Source: an uncultured delta proteobacterium (GTDB lineage: Bacteria > Desulfobacterota > Binatia > UBA9968). From it: a stretch of DNA of 64,000 nt. A program made the translations under genes and the position numbers. Shown here one piece after another: positions 52,258 through 62,813 of this stretch. Below the pieces are notes generated by a model that saw only the letters and a program-made list of their open reading frames with translations, was not told where the DNA came from and did not search any database. The stretch is taken from NCBI GenBank assembly GCA_963847445.1, contig CAWJZV010000046.1, positions 96,001 to 160,000 of the forward strand, read 5' to 3'. Every line of letters starts with the position of its first letter. Within the stretch, counting starts at the first letter, position 1.

Positions 52258-53502
52258 ATGAGTAACTCCCCGACAACTTCACTCAAACTCCTATCGCCAC
52301 TGCGCCATCGCGATTTCCGATTATTTTGGATCGGCCTGTTGCTCTCCAGCGTTGGCAGTCAGTTTACCACCGTGGCGATGGCTTGGCAGATCTACGAACT
52401 CACCAACTCGCCGTTGCAGATCGGCTTGATCGGCCTGGTGCGGGCGCTGCCGCAGGTGGCGATGCTGCTGTTCGGCGGCTTGCTCGCCGACGCCATGGAC
52501 CGGCGCAGATTGATGATGGCGACGCAAGCTAGTTTGTTTGTGGTTTCCGGAACTCTCGCGTATCTCACCATGACGGGGAGCGTTACCTCGCTGACGCTCT
52601 ACGGGGTTACGGTGTTTCTCGCGTTATTTAGCTCACTCGAAGCGCCGTCGCGCCACGCCATCGTGACTAATCTTGTGCCCGCCGAAGATTTGCCGCGCGC
52701 CATGGCAATCTCCAGCACGCAACGCCAGATCGCCACCATCGCCGGTCCATCGATCGCCGGTCTGATCCTGGCTTTCGCCGGCCCCGCACTCTGTTACGCC
52801 ATCGATGCGATCTCCTGGCTCGTCATGTTCGCGGTTCTGCTATTGATCCGTGCCGAACTGCCGCAGCGCGGCGGCTGGCGCACGGTTTCGTTCAGCGCTC
52901 TCGGCGTCGGTTTCCGTTTCGTCTGGGGCCACGCGGTGATTTTTCCGTTCTTGATGATGGATCTGGGCGTTAATGTTTTTGGCACGGTGCGCGCGCTCTA
53001 TCCGATCTACGCCCGCGATATTCTCGCCGTCGGACCACAAGGTTTGGGTGTGCTCTACGCCGCCAGCGCTGCCGGGGCGCTGATCGGCGCTCTCGGTCTC
53101 AGCCTGTTCGGCCAGATTCGCCAGGCCGGCCGCTGGATTCTCTTCGGCGTGACGGTCTACGGACTGTGTCTCCTGGGCTTTGCGTATTCCCGCTGGTTCT
53201 GGTTGTCGGCGGTGCTCTTGCTAGGCTCCGGCATCGGTGACACCATCAGCGCGATCCTACGCTCGACCATCAACCAGCTGAGCACACCGGACGAATTGCG
53301 CGGCCGCATGTCGTCGATCAACAGCATCTTCACCAACAGCGGCCCGCAACTCGGCCAATTCCAAGCCGGCGCGTTAGCCGCCGTCATCGGCGCCGAAATG
53401 GCCGCTGGCGCCGGCGCGGTTATTATTCTATTGATTGTCGGGATTCTGATTGCCGGTTTTCCGCATGTGCGCGATTATCGAATCAAGCGTGGCGATGGGT
53501 AG
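52258..53502 (+). CDS. MFS transporter (MFS_3/EntS-like)
   Basis: LRHRDFRLFW, GGLLADAMDRR, PDELRGR; about 12 TM segments. Confidence 0.88.
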   Translation: MSNSPTTSLKLLSPLRHRDFRLFWIGLLLSSVGSQFTTVAMAWQIYELTNSPLQIGLIGLVRALPQVAMLLFGGLLADAMDRRRLMMATQASLFVVSGTLAYLTMTGSVTSLTLYGVTVFLALFSSLEAPSRHAIVTNLVPAEDLPRAMAISSTQRQIATIAGPSIAGLILAFAGPALCYAIDAISWLVMFAVLLLIRAELPQRGGWRTVSFSALGVGFRFVWGHAVIFPFLMMDLGVNVFGTVRALYPIYARDILAVGPQGLGVLYAASAAGALIGALGLSLFGQIRQAGRWILFGVTVYGLCLLGFAYSRWFWLSAVLLLGSGIGDTISAILRSTINQLSTPDELRGRMSSINSIFTNSGPQLGQFQAGALAAVIGAEMAAGAGAVIILLIVGILIAGFPHVRDYRIKRGDG

Positions 53503-53679
53503 CAGGGCGAATGGCGTAGGACGAAGGGGTTCGTCGGGAGATGGAGCGGTAGAGTATGAAAGCCAAGACATCAAAGTCTCGGGTTAGTGCTTCGCGGCGC
53601 GCCGGCAGAAGAAGGCGGCGCGCGCACGCCATAAACTAATGGGCGGACCCTTTTCCCCGTGCTTTTGTACGATTGCGTC

Positions 53680-55053
53680 ATGAACACGCAACCACAAATC
53701 TCACCGGTCATGCGTGGGCTGAGCGCTTACGTCGCAGCTGCGCTGCGGCGGCCGTTGCCGCCACCGGTTAACGAAAAAACAAAACATCACATCCTCGATA
53801 CCATCGCCGCGATGATTTCCGGTTCGCGGCTCGCGCCGGGGATGAAAGCGATCTCGTATGTAAAGAATCTCGGCGGCGCCAAAGAAGCTAGCGTCATTGG
53901 AAGCGGCGTTGTGACCACGGCAGTAAACGCCGCACTGGCCAACGGCATGCTCGCCCACGCCGACGAGACTGACGACTCCCACGCGCCTTCGCTGACTCAT
54001 CCGGGATGTGGCATTGTGCCGGCGGCGCTGGCCATGGCCGAGCGGGAGCAGCGTCATGGCGCGGCGCTGCTCCGCGCCGTCGCGCTCGGCTATGACGTGG
54101 GCTGCCGGTTGACGCAGTCTCTGAACGCCCACCAGTTCCGCGAGGACGGCCATTCAACGCATAGTTTTGGGCCGATGTTCGGTGCCGCCGCGGCGGCCGG
54201 CGCGCTGGCGGGATTACGCGAGCGTCAAGTTCGCCATCTGCTTTCATTCACGGCGCAGCAGGCGTCGGGCATATCGTGTTGGATGCGCGACGGCGACCAT
54301 ATCGAAAAGTCTTTCGACTTCGGCGGCATGCCGGCGCGCAATGGCGTCGCCGCGGCGACGATGGTCGCTCATGGTTTTACCGGCGTCGATGATGTATTCG
54401 CCGGCGAGGGCAATTTTTTTGTCGCCTACGGCCGCAAGCCGGAGCCGGCGCGGCTGGTGAGCGGCCTCGGCGTCGAGTTTGAAATCATGAATACCAACAT
54501 CAAGCGCTGGTCGGTGGGCTCGCCGATCCAGGCGCCGCTCGACGCGCTGCACGAACTGATTCGCGAGCACAGAATTACTGCCGCCGATATTGACAGGGTG
54601 GTCGTGCGAGTTTCCCATCAAGGCGCCAATACCGTCGACAACCGCGACATGCCCGACATTTGCATGCAGCATATGTGCGCCGTCATGTTGGTCGACGGCA
54701 AGGTCACGTTCCGATCGTCGCACGATGAGAAGCGCATGCGCGATCGCGCGGTTCTAGCGCTGCGGAGCCGGATCGAGCTTCGCGGCGACGACGCGCTGAC
54801 GGCAGCGATGCCGAGCCGAGAAGGCATCGTCGAGATTGCGCTGCGCGATGGCCGCAAGTTCGGCCATCACACCAAAGCCGTCCGCGGCGCCGCCAACAAT
54901 CCGATGACACGCGCCGAAGTGGACGAGAAAAGCTACGATCTAATCGAGCCGGTGATCGGCAAGTTAAAAGCGCGCAAACTGTGCGACGCGATCTGGCAGC
55001 TGGAGAAACTGTCCGACGTGCGCAGCCTGCGGCCGCTGTTGCGCGCTCGATGA
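53680..55053 (+). CDS. MmgE/PrpD family protein
   Basis: AHADETDD..HPG, IKRWSVG..Q, RGAANNPM. Confidence 0.88.
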   Translation: MNTQPQISPVMRGLSAYVAAALRRPLPPPVNEKTKHHILDTIAAMISGSRLAPGMKAISYVKNLGGAKEASVIGSGVVTTAVNAALANGMLAHADETDDSHAPSLTHPGCGIVPAALAMAEREQRHGAALLRAVALGYDVGCRLTQSLNAHQFREDGHSTHSFGPMFGAAAAAGALAGLRERQVRHLLSFTAQQASGISCWMRDGDHIEKSFDFGGMPARNGVAAATMVAHGFTGVDDVFAGEGNFFVAYGRKPEPARLVSGLGVEFEIMNTNIKRWSVGSPIQAPLDALHELIREHRITAADIDRVVVRVSHQGANTVDNRDMPDICMQHMCAVMLVDGKVTFRSSHDEKRMRDRAVLALRSRIELRGDDALTAAMPSREGIVEIALRDGRKFGHHTKAVRGAANNPMTRAEVDEKSYDLIEPVIGKLKARKLCDAIWQLEKLSDVRSLRPLLRAR

Positions 55054-55800
55054 CCGCATCGGTTAAATCGCGCCTAACGTCAATCCTGCTACGTCAAATC
55101 TAGGTCCGTGCAGAATTAATTCCCGAAAAAACCTCTGAGGTCGCGGGATAGCAGTGACCGATAGCAATGATCGATCGCGGTCGCCGCCATGACATTGGCG
55201 CGGTAAGTCGGTGGTGCGATTTGCGCAGGCGCCGGCTGATGGCGATGTTCGGCGCGGACTGGCGCGATCCCACACGTTAGTTAGGACCTGATTCTCAACA
55301 TGGCCAGGATGAGCCGACAAGGAGCCAAGCTCGTGACCCATCGAGGCTGCTGGTCTCGCGAATTTCAACCAACCACCGTAATAATAGAATGATGCGAATT
55401 TTTGCCGCCCCGGCGCACGGACGGCGTCTGTCGATGAGTCAAAGAGATCGTTCTCGAACGTGATTTGGTGGTCGATTAGTTTTGCGCTATCGAATGACCG
55501 CCGCCTCCAAGCAGGCCTTTGACGACTTCGCTCGGGTGGCTCGTGTTCATGCGACACTGAGCTTTGACTAAAAAATTATCCCATGCGAAGGTCGATATAA
55601 AAGCCCATCAAGGAGAGATTCTAGCGCGGGAACGATACTCCATTGGGTCTCGAAGGATCACAGCGCTGACCAGATTGGCAATATTCCCGGAGTAAAAAAT
55701 GTCCGCGCGGATCTGACCAATCTCCCGCCTAACCTCGGATTCGACGTCTAGCCGGGAGTGTAAACGAGCCACTGCGAGCCAAGTTTCTCGGAGGTGTTCC

Positions 55801-56661
55801 ATGCTATCGAACAAAGTCAGTGAGATTATGGCGACCGATCTGGTATCGGCTTCCGCCTCAAGCACGGTACATGAGGTCATCGAGCAGATGGTTGCCCGCG
55901 ATGTCGGACGGATCATCATTATTCGCGACGATCTCCCCGTGGGGATTTTTACCGAACGGCATGTGCTCAAACATGTCGCGAATGACAAACTCGATCCGCA
56001 GCGCACCTCGGTTGACAAGGTCATGACCTCGCCGTTTCGCGCGGTGGCTCAAGACACTCGCATCGTCGATGCATTGGGCGAGATGATCAAAGGGAAAATT
56101 CGCCACCTTCAGGTGCTTGGCACGAGGGATAACATTATCGGGATTGTTTCCATGCGGCGAATTCTCGAAATCGCCGTGGAGCTCGGTCATGATCTGGGCG
56201 AAACCCAAACCATCGGCAACATCATCACACCAGCGCCGTTGTCGATGGACGAATCCGAATCGGTCTGGGACGCCGTCGAGCTCATGAATCGACGAGCCGC
56301 GGGCGCCGTCGTCGTGACCTCGGCGCTGAAACCAGTCGGCCTCTTTACCGAACGCGATGTTTTGAATCGGGTTGTCGCCAAGCAGCTTGACGGGACAAAG
56401 ACGCTGCTTAAGCAAGTCATGAGCTCACCCTTGATCGCCATGCCGGTCACCGCCCTCGTCGGACAAGTCCTGGGAGAAATGTACCGCCGGGATATTCGCA
56501 ACATGCCGATCATCGGTGCATCGGATCAACTGGCCGGCCTGGTTTCGATGCCAGACGTCTTGCAGTACGCGCGCGCCTTCGATATCGACGAAGAAGTTCG
56601 GCGCACATGGAAGGAAATCCGCAACTTCTACGACTCGCAGGATAATTATACGCCGGGATAA
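55801..56661 (+). CDS. Tandem CBS-pair (four CBS) protein
   Basis: Duplicated VGIFTERH / VGLFTERD and IRHL / IRNMP..GLVS units; RBS GGAGG. Confidence 0.85.
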   Translation: MLSNKVSEIMATDLVSASASSTVHEVIEQMVARDVGRIIIIRDDLPVGIFTERHVLKHVANDKLDPQRTSVDKVMTSPFRAVAQDTRIVDALGEMIKGKIRHLQVLGTRDNIIGIVSMRRILEIAVELGHDLGETQTIGNIITPAPLSMDESESVWDAVELMNRRAAGAVVVTSALKPVGLFTERDVLNRVVAKQLDGTKTLLKQVMSSPLIAMPVTALVGQVLGEMYRRDIRNMPIIGASDQLAGLVSMPDVLQYARAFDIDEEVRRTWKEIRNFYDSQDNYTPG

Positions 56662-56809
56662 GCGCCAGGAGGCGCTCGTGCAACAGTGGGAGCGTCGAGA
56701 GACTGAATTCTTGAGATATCATCATCGACTCAGGGTTGTCGGCCCTTCCGTACGATACCGGTTGGGTTCAGATGAGATTTCAACTCATCATCGGACCGGC
56801 GAGCCGCGA

Positions 56810-57802
56810 TCAATCGCGGAAATGCGGGATGACGCTTTTGGCGAAAGCGTCAACCGTTTCAGTGTAGACGGTGCGCGCCGGGGTGAGCATCAAATGTTCG
56901 ACACCGGCGGCTTTTAGTTCTTCGATGCGCTCGATGCATTCCTTTGGGCTTCCCGCGATGGAGAAGCGCTGAATCAGATAGTCGTTCACTAGATCTGGGT
57001 CGACTCGGTCTTCCATCGGCTTCATGACATCGAAGCCGGCCATAAACTGCTTGATGCCGTCGAGTTCATCCGGTGGTACGGTTTCGTAGGTGAAACGAAA
57101 ATTATGGTGGGCGCGGTTGGCCAGGCGGTTGCGGACGATCTTGCGCGCTTTGTTGCCGTCTTCGTCGACGCAGAGCATGCCGGCGGCGATGACTTTGATT
57201 TCTCCCTCTTGCCGTCCCGCTTCTTTGGCGCCTTCGCGGATCTTCTGTTGCGCCCAATGATAGACGCGCAGATCGAAGCCGGTGCCGAGGATCACACCGT
57301 CGGCGCTGCGGCCGGCGAGCTGCAAGCCCTTGGGGCCTTCGGCGGAAACATAAATCGGCGCCGGCTGGTTGATCTTGAAGCCGATACCGACCTTGCCGGT
57401 GGAAAAGGTTTCGGCACCGCCGCGCACCAAATTCCGAATGGTCTTGATGCCGACTTCAAAATCCTTCATCGGCATGGCTTTCAAGCCTTGCGTGTAGACC
57501 GGGCCATCGCCGGTGCCGAGACCCATGATGGCGCGGCCTTTGGAAATCTCATTCAATGACGCGGCCGCGCCGGCGATCACGGTGGGGTGGCGGAACACGA
57601 TGTTGGTGACAGCGATGCCGAGTAGCACACGCTTAGTGAGCATGGCGCAGCTCGCCAGGGTCTGAAAAGAGTCGATGGAACTCAGATGGCTCTCGCCGAG
57701 AAAGATGCCGTCCCAACCGAGCTCTTCGGCGCGCACGGCGCGCTTATGGATTTCGTCGATATTCTTAACGCCGCCGTGCAGGCTGTGAATGCTGAATTTC
57801 AT
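56810..57802 (-). CDS. LLM-class flavin/F420-dependent oxidoreductase (Mer-like)
   Basis: AEELGWDGIFLGESH, GIAVTN..RHP, SKGRAIMGLGTGD, AEGPK..ADGV. Confidence 0.85.
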   Translation of the reverse strand: MKFSIHSLHGGVKNIDEIHKRAVRAEELGWDGIFLGESHLSSIDSFQTLASCAMLTKRVLLGIAVTNIVFRHPTVIAGAAASLNEISKGRAIMGLGTGDGPVYTQGLKAMPMKDFEVGIKTIRNLVRGGAETFSTGKVGIGFKINQPAPIYVSAEGPKGLQLAGRSADGVILGTGFDLRVYHWAQQKIREGAKEAGRQEGEIKVIAAGMLCVDEDGNKARKIVRNRLANRAHHNFRFTYETVPPDELDGIKQFMAGFDVMKPMEDRVDPDLVNDYLIQRFSIAGSPKECIERIEELKAAGVEHLMLTPARTVYTETVDAFAKSVIPHFRD

Positions 57803-57897
57803 GTCGGTCGCTCCGGAGCTTTAATCACAAACTGCCCAACATGGCGGAGCCGCAAAAGGGCGTGAAAAAAGCGCAGCCTGCTTTGCTCGGGTTCGCC

Positions 57898-58719
57898 TCA
57901 TTCATTGGGAGAATTGCTACCAGAGCGCATCCCGTTGCCCAGGGTGCAACCGGCTCGTAGGCGATCACTTCGGCTTTCCAGCTTTGCACCGCACCGGCGA
58001 GGGCGATCCAGGTTCTGATTTCGTGGCCGCCGGAGCCGGCTTCGCTGTTGATCTCGTCGTGGCTGTAGGCGGTCAATTGATGATGATCGCCGGTGATTAA
58101 GATTCTCCAGAAACTTTTTGTCGAACGGTATATTGATCCGGCCATGCTGCGCTTCGCCGGGCCAATGGGATAGGCCGCCGGTGGCGATCAGCGCGATTCT
58201 TTTTTCGCTCCGTTGTAAAACCTTGCCGAGGAACTCGCCGAAGGCGAAGCAGCGTTTTGCCGTTGGCATCGGCGGTGTCAGGGCGTTGATGATCACCGGC
58301 ACCACCGGCAGCGCCATGTGGGGATTCAAAAAGTGCAGCGGCAAAAACGTCGCGTGGTCGAACAAGAGCTCGTCGGAAAACAGCGGATCGAAGCCGCTGT
58401 CGAGGCAGGCGTCGATCAGTTCCGCCGATAGTTCGGCATCGCCGGGGACGCGGGCTTTGGGGATGCGCAGCCATTCTTCAATCGGTCCGTCGTAGTGGTC
58501 GGCGCGGCCGATGCAAAAGGTCGGCATGCAGTTGAGAAAAAAATTGGCCCAATGCTCGACGGTGAGGGCGACGATGGTATCCGGCTTCGCTGCCGCCAGC
58601 CGTTCGCCCAGTCTGCGGTAGCTGCCGAGAAATTTATCCGCTTGTTGCTTGGGCGCGGCTTCGGTCCAAGCGGTCATGCCTGGAGCGTGGCTGGCGGCGC
58701 AGGCAAATACGATCGGCAT
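57898..58719 (-). CDS. Class III extradiol dioxygenase beta subunit (LigB/MhpB-like; frameshifted near 58090)
   Basis: ASHAPG, EH..NFF, FDHA..PL, TGGLSHWP, GGHEIRTW. Confidence 0.82.
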   Translation of the reverse strand: MPIVFACAASHAPGMTAWTEAAPKQQADKFLGSYRRLGERLAAAKPDTIVALTVEHWANFFLNCMPTFCIGRADHYDGPIEEWLRIPKARVPGDAELSAELIDACLDSGFDPLFSDELLFDHATFLPLHFLNPHMALPVVPVIINALTPPMPTAKRCFAFGEFLGKVLQRSEKRIALIATGGLSHWPGEAQHGRINIPFDKKFLENLNHRRSSSIDRLQPRRDQQRSRLRRPRNQNLDRPRRCGAKLESRSDRLRAGCTLGNGMRSGSNSPNE

Positions 58720-58722
58720 AGG

Positions 58723-58978
58723 TCAGACCAATCCTTTCAGCGCTTTGGCATAGTCTTCGTTGGAGACTTTGTTGAGCAAGGTAAACGGCCGCAGCAGCAG
58801 CGAGTGGACGCCCATGGTGTACAGGGCGCGCACGTCGACGTTGAGAACCGCCGCGCTTTCTGCCGCGGTCAGATCGTATTTCTTGACTGAACGCACCGGC
58901 GTCTTGGCGATAATGCTCGCGCCGCTCGGCATCGCGATTCACATGATAGATCAGTTTTTGCACTTGGTAGAGGCTCAT
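58723..58978 (-). CDS. LigA-like small alpha subunit (frameshifted)
   Basis: MSLYQVQKLIY..YDLTAAE..DVRALYTMGVHSLLL. Confidence 0.72.
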
Positions 58979-58983
58979 AGGGT

Positions 58984-60078
58984 TTAGTCCAGTTTCAGGT
59001 GCAGCCAGTCGACGACGGTTTTCAAGATATTGGGAATCGCGCCCATGTGGCCGCCGGGGAACAAGACGAATTGTCTTCGGGCTACCATGTTCGAGCAACA
59101 AATAAAAATCCTCCAGCGGTACCTGCTTGTCTTCCTTGCCGTTGACGATCAGCAGCGGCGCGCAGGGCTGGTCGAGCAGCCCGGGATCTTTGAGCGACAA
59201 GCGCCGGCATCACCGCGCACAGCTCGTCGAAAGTTTTTTTGCCGAAAAGATTGGCGCGCGCTTCGATCAGATCGAAAAGATAGGAGTCGGCATGGCGCGA
59301 GCGCTCCTGCCACTCGGGTTGAAAGAAATAATGAATGCCGCCGCCCCAGTTGACCGCGGCGCGCAGTTTGTCCGGCGCCAGATGGGCAAGCTTGGTCGAC
59401 CAGTGGCCGCCGAAGCTGGCGCCGACGACGGCGATCTTGTCGGCGTCGACTTCGGGCCGTTTGAGCAGATACTCCAGCACGGCCAAGTGCACTTGATGGG
59501 CGTCCGGTCCGGCGAGCATCGGACATTCGCCGGTGCCGGGGCTGTCGATGATGAAACAGCCCCAACCTTCCTTGACGAAATTCTCGCCGAAGGAGTGGCG
59601 CTCTTCTTTCCAGTTGTCGATGCCGCCCCAGTGCATGATCATCGGCGCCGGCAGTTGTCTTCGGCAGGCGCAGATGGCCGACGATGGCTTTGCCCTGGAA
59701 CGGGATCGAAACTTTTTCCACCGGGATGTCGAAATATTTCGACGCGGCGAGAAACATCTCGCGGGTCTTCAAATAGCCGTGATGTTTCCCCGGCGTGCTC
59801 GGAAAGGGATGGCGGGCGATGCCGTAGTAGCCGTAGGATTTCAAATAGGCCGACTTGGCCTCGGCAGCATTGCCGGCTTTCTCGGCGGTCTTGGCTTGGT
59901 CTTCCCATTTTGCCCCAAGCTCGTTCCACGCCGCCGCCCAAGTCTCGCCTTCGAAGTCGGCCATCCTGGCCAGCGCCTGTTCCGACTCGGCTTTGTCGGC
60001 GTGGAGAAACGGCGCGCGGTGGCCGACCCGTTCGCGGATATCGTTTTTTACTTCTTCAATCGTTCTCGGTGCGCTCAT
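58984..60078 (-). CDS. Alpha/beta hydrolase (FrsA / dihydroxypseudooxynicotine hydrolase-like; frameshifts)
   Basis: GGIDNWKE, DSPGTGE, GASFGG nucleophile elbow, NGKEDKQVP, C-terminal GHMG. Confidence 0.8.
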
Positions 60079-60313
60079 AAAAACTTCCTTTGACTCTATC
60101 TAATGCGCAAACGCGGTTCAGGTCAATCGCCTAGGTCGATCCCGCGCTGCGCAGTCTCCTATCCAAGCCATAACTTTGTTTGAGTATCTCCCGGTAAAAT
60201 CGCCGCTCTTGCTGTTGACCTTTCCAATTCTCCATGTCATCCAAATGTTCAGTTAGTCATTTACTGGGTTTTTCATTTCGATATAGTTTCCGCAGAAATC
60301 GCGGGGTCCATTC

Positions 60314-61176
60314 ATGGCGACTATCATCGACGGCAAAGCCGTCGCCAAAGAAGTTCAAAAGCAAATCAAGGAAGACGTTGAAGGCTTGGAGCGGCGCTGG
60401 AGCATGGCGCCCGGGTTGGCGGTGGTGTTGGTCGGCGACGATCCGGCGTCGCATATTTATGTGCGCAACAAGGAAAAGGCCTGCAAGGAAGTCGGCATCA
60501 AATCCTTCGAGCATTTCCTCCCGGCGACGGTTTCCGAGAAGGAACTGCTGGCGCTGGTGCACCAACTGAACAAAGACAAACATGTGCATGGCATCCTGGT
60601 GCAATTGCCGCTGCCGCCGCATATTCGTTCGGAAAAAATTCTCAATGCGGTTTCGCCTTACAAAGATGTCGACGGCTTTCATCCGGTCAATCAAGGTAAT
60701 TTGCTCGTCGGCGCGGACGGCTACCGGCCCTGCACGCCGCTCGGTGTGATGAAACTTCTCGAATCGGTGGACTGCGATCCCAAAGGAAAAAACGCCGTGG
60801 TCGTCGGCCGCAGCAATATCGTTGGCAAGCCGGTGGCGCTCATGTTGCTCGAGAAACATGCCACCGTGACGATCTGTCATTCGCGCACCGCGAGTTTGCG
60901 CGACGAAGTCGGCCCGCGGCGATATTGTCGTCGTCGCCATCGGCAAGGCCGGCATCGTGCGCGGCGAGTGGATCAAGCCCGGCGCGGTGGTGATCGACGT
61001 CGGCATCAACCGCTTGCCGAGCGGCAAGCTGTGCGGCGATGTCGAGTTCGAAAGCCGCCAAGGAGCGCGCCTCGGCGATCACTCCGGTGCCGGGCGGTGT
61101 CGGCCCGATGACGATTTGCATGTTGCTCTTCAATACTTTGAAGGCCGCGAAAGACTCTCTCCAGCGTGAACGCTAA
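60314..61176 (+). CDS. folD: Methylenetetrahydrofolate dehydrogenase/cyclohydrolase (frameshifts)
   Basis: [48 protein letters not shown]. Confidence 0.93.
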
Positions 61177-61207
61177 AACCATTCATTGGCGATTCCCGGC
61201 GGTGGCC

Positions 61208-62302
61208 GTGGCGCTAAAAAGAACCCCGCTCTACGCCGCGCATCGGCGCGCCGGCGCCAAGATGGTCGAGTTCGCCGGCTGGGAAATGCCGGTGCAGTAC
61301 CGCGGCGTCATCGAAGAGCATCTGGCGGTGCGCAGCAAAGCCGGCCTGTTCGATGTCAGCCATATGGGCGAGATCGAAGTGCGCGGCGCCGGCGCGCTGG
61401 AGTTTTGCCAGCGGCTCACCGCCAACGATGTGGCGCGCTTGCAAGTCTTTCAGGCGCAGTACAGTTTCTTGCTCAACGAGCAGGGCGGCGTGGTCGACGA
61501 TGTGATTATTTACCGGGTCAAGCCCGAGGCTTATTTCATCTGCGTCAATGCTTCGAACATCGACAAGGATTTCGCCTGGCTGTCGCGCCACGCCGGCGCC
61601 GATGTCGAGGTGGACAATCAAAGCGCCATGTACGCCCAGTTGGCGCTGCAGGGGCCGGCGGCGGAGGCGATTCTCCAGCCGTTGACTGGCGCAGCCGCTG
61701 GCACGAGATCAAGTCGTTTCACTTTCGCGTTCGCCGATGTCGCGGCGATTCGCTGCATGGTGGCGCGCACCGGCTACACCGGCGAAGCCGGGATTTGAGC
61801 TTTATTGCCACAGCGATGCCGCGCCGAGCGATTGTGGAATGCGTTGATGGAAGCAGGTGAGTCGCACGGTTTGGTGGCGGTGGGATTGGGCGCGCGCGAT
61901 ACGCTGCGGCTGGAAAAGGCCTATCCGCTTTACGGCCATGAGCTGGATGACACGTACGACGCCGTTGGAAGCGGGTTTGGAGTGGGTGTTGAAGCTTGAC
62001 CAAACCGGCGTTTTTCGGCCGCGATCGCTTGCTCCAACAACAACAGCAAGGGGTGGCGCGCAAGTTGGTTGGGATCGAAGCGCTGGAGCCGGGCATTCCG
62101 CGCGGCGGTTATAGCGTCTTCAAAGACGGCGTCAAAGATCGGCGCGATTACCAGCGGGACGAAGTCGCCGTCCTTGGGCAAGGCGATTGCGTTGGCCTAT
62201 GTTGCCAGCGCTGAGGCGCGGATCGATAATCGCCTCGATGTCGAAATTCGTGGCCGGAAGATTCCGGTAAAAATAGTTTCATTGCCATTTTATCGCCGTT
62301 AG
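61208..62302 (+). CDS. gcvT: Glycine cleavage T protein (several frameshifts)
   Basis: [45 protein letters not shown]. Confidence 0.92.
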
Positions 62303-62339
62303 CGGCGCAGCCATATAGGATCATGAAGGAGGTCATGCG

Positions 62340-62804
62340 ATGGAGTTTCCCGAAGGGCTAAAATATTCCAAAGAACATGAATGGGTGCTGGTCGAAGGCA
62401 CCAGTGCGACCATCGGTATCACCGAGTACGCCCAAGAAGAGCTGGGCGATATTGTTTTTGTCGAGCTGCCGGAAGTGGGCGAGAAGATCGTCAAGGACGA
62501 TCCCTTCGGCGCGGTGGAGTCGGTCAAGGCGGTGTCGGATATCTACGCGCCGGTGAGCGGCGAGGTGGTGGAGACCAACGAAATCTTGCCGGACAATCCC
62601 GAGACCATTAACGACGATCCCTACGGCGATGGCTGGATGGTGCGCGTCGAGTTATCCGATATCGACGATCTCAAGGATCTGATGGACGCCGACGAATACG
62701 CCGAGTATGTCGCGCAGCAAAAAGAGGACGACGACGAGGAAGACGACGACGAGGATGAGGACGATGACGAAGCAGAGAACGAGGACGAAGACAAAGACAA
62801 GTAG
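62340..62804 (+). CDS. gcvH: Glycine cleavage H protein with acidic C-terminal extension
   Basis: [31 protein letters not shown] (lipoyl Lys), [10 protein letters not shown]. Confidence 0.95.
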   Translation: MEFPEGLKYSKEHEWVLVEGTSATIGITEYAQEELGDIVFVELPEVGEKIVKDDPFGAVESVKAVSDIYAPVSGEVVETNEILPDNPETINDDPYGDGWMVRVELSDIDDLKDLMDADEYAEYVAQQKEDDDEEDDDEDEDDDEAENEDEDKDK

Positions 62805-62813
62805 CGTACGCTG

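Noticed and set aside
57865-57897. Possible minus-strand terminator after ligB
   Set aside because: The stem is imperfect and the true ligB end is uncertain because of frameshifts.
60080-60313. ZTP/THF/glycine riboswitch upstream of folD
   Set aside because: No conserved aptamer motifs could be recognised.
49095-62302. Programmed frameshifting or true pseudogenes in tsaD, rsmA, folD, gcvT
   Set aside because: No consistent slippery sites, and the genes are normally required; sequencing error is the simpler explanation.
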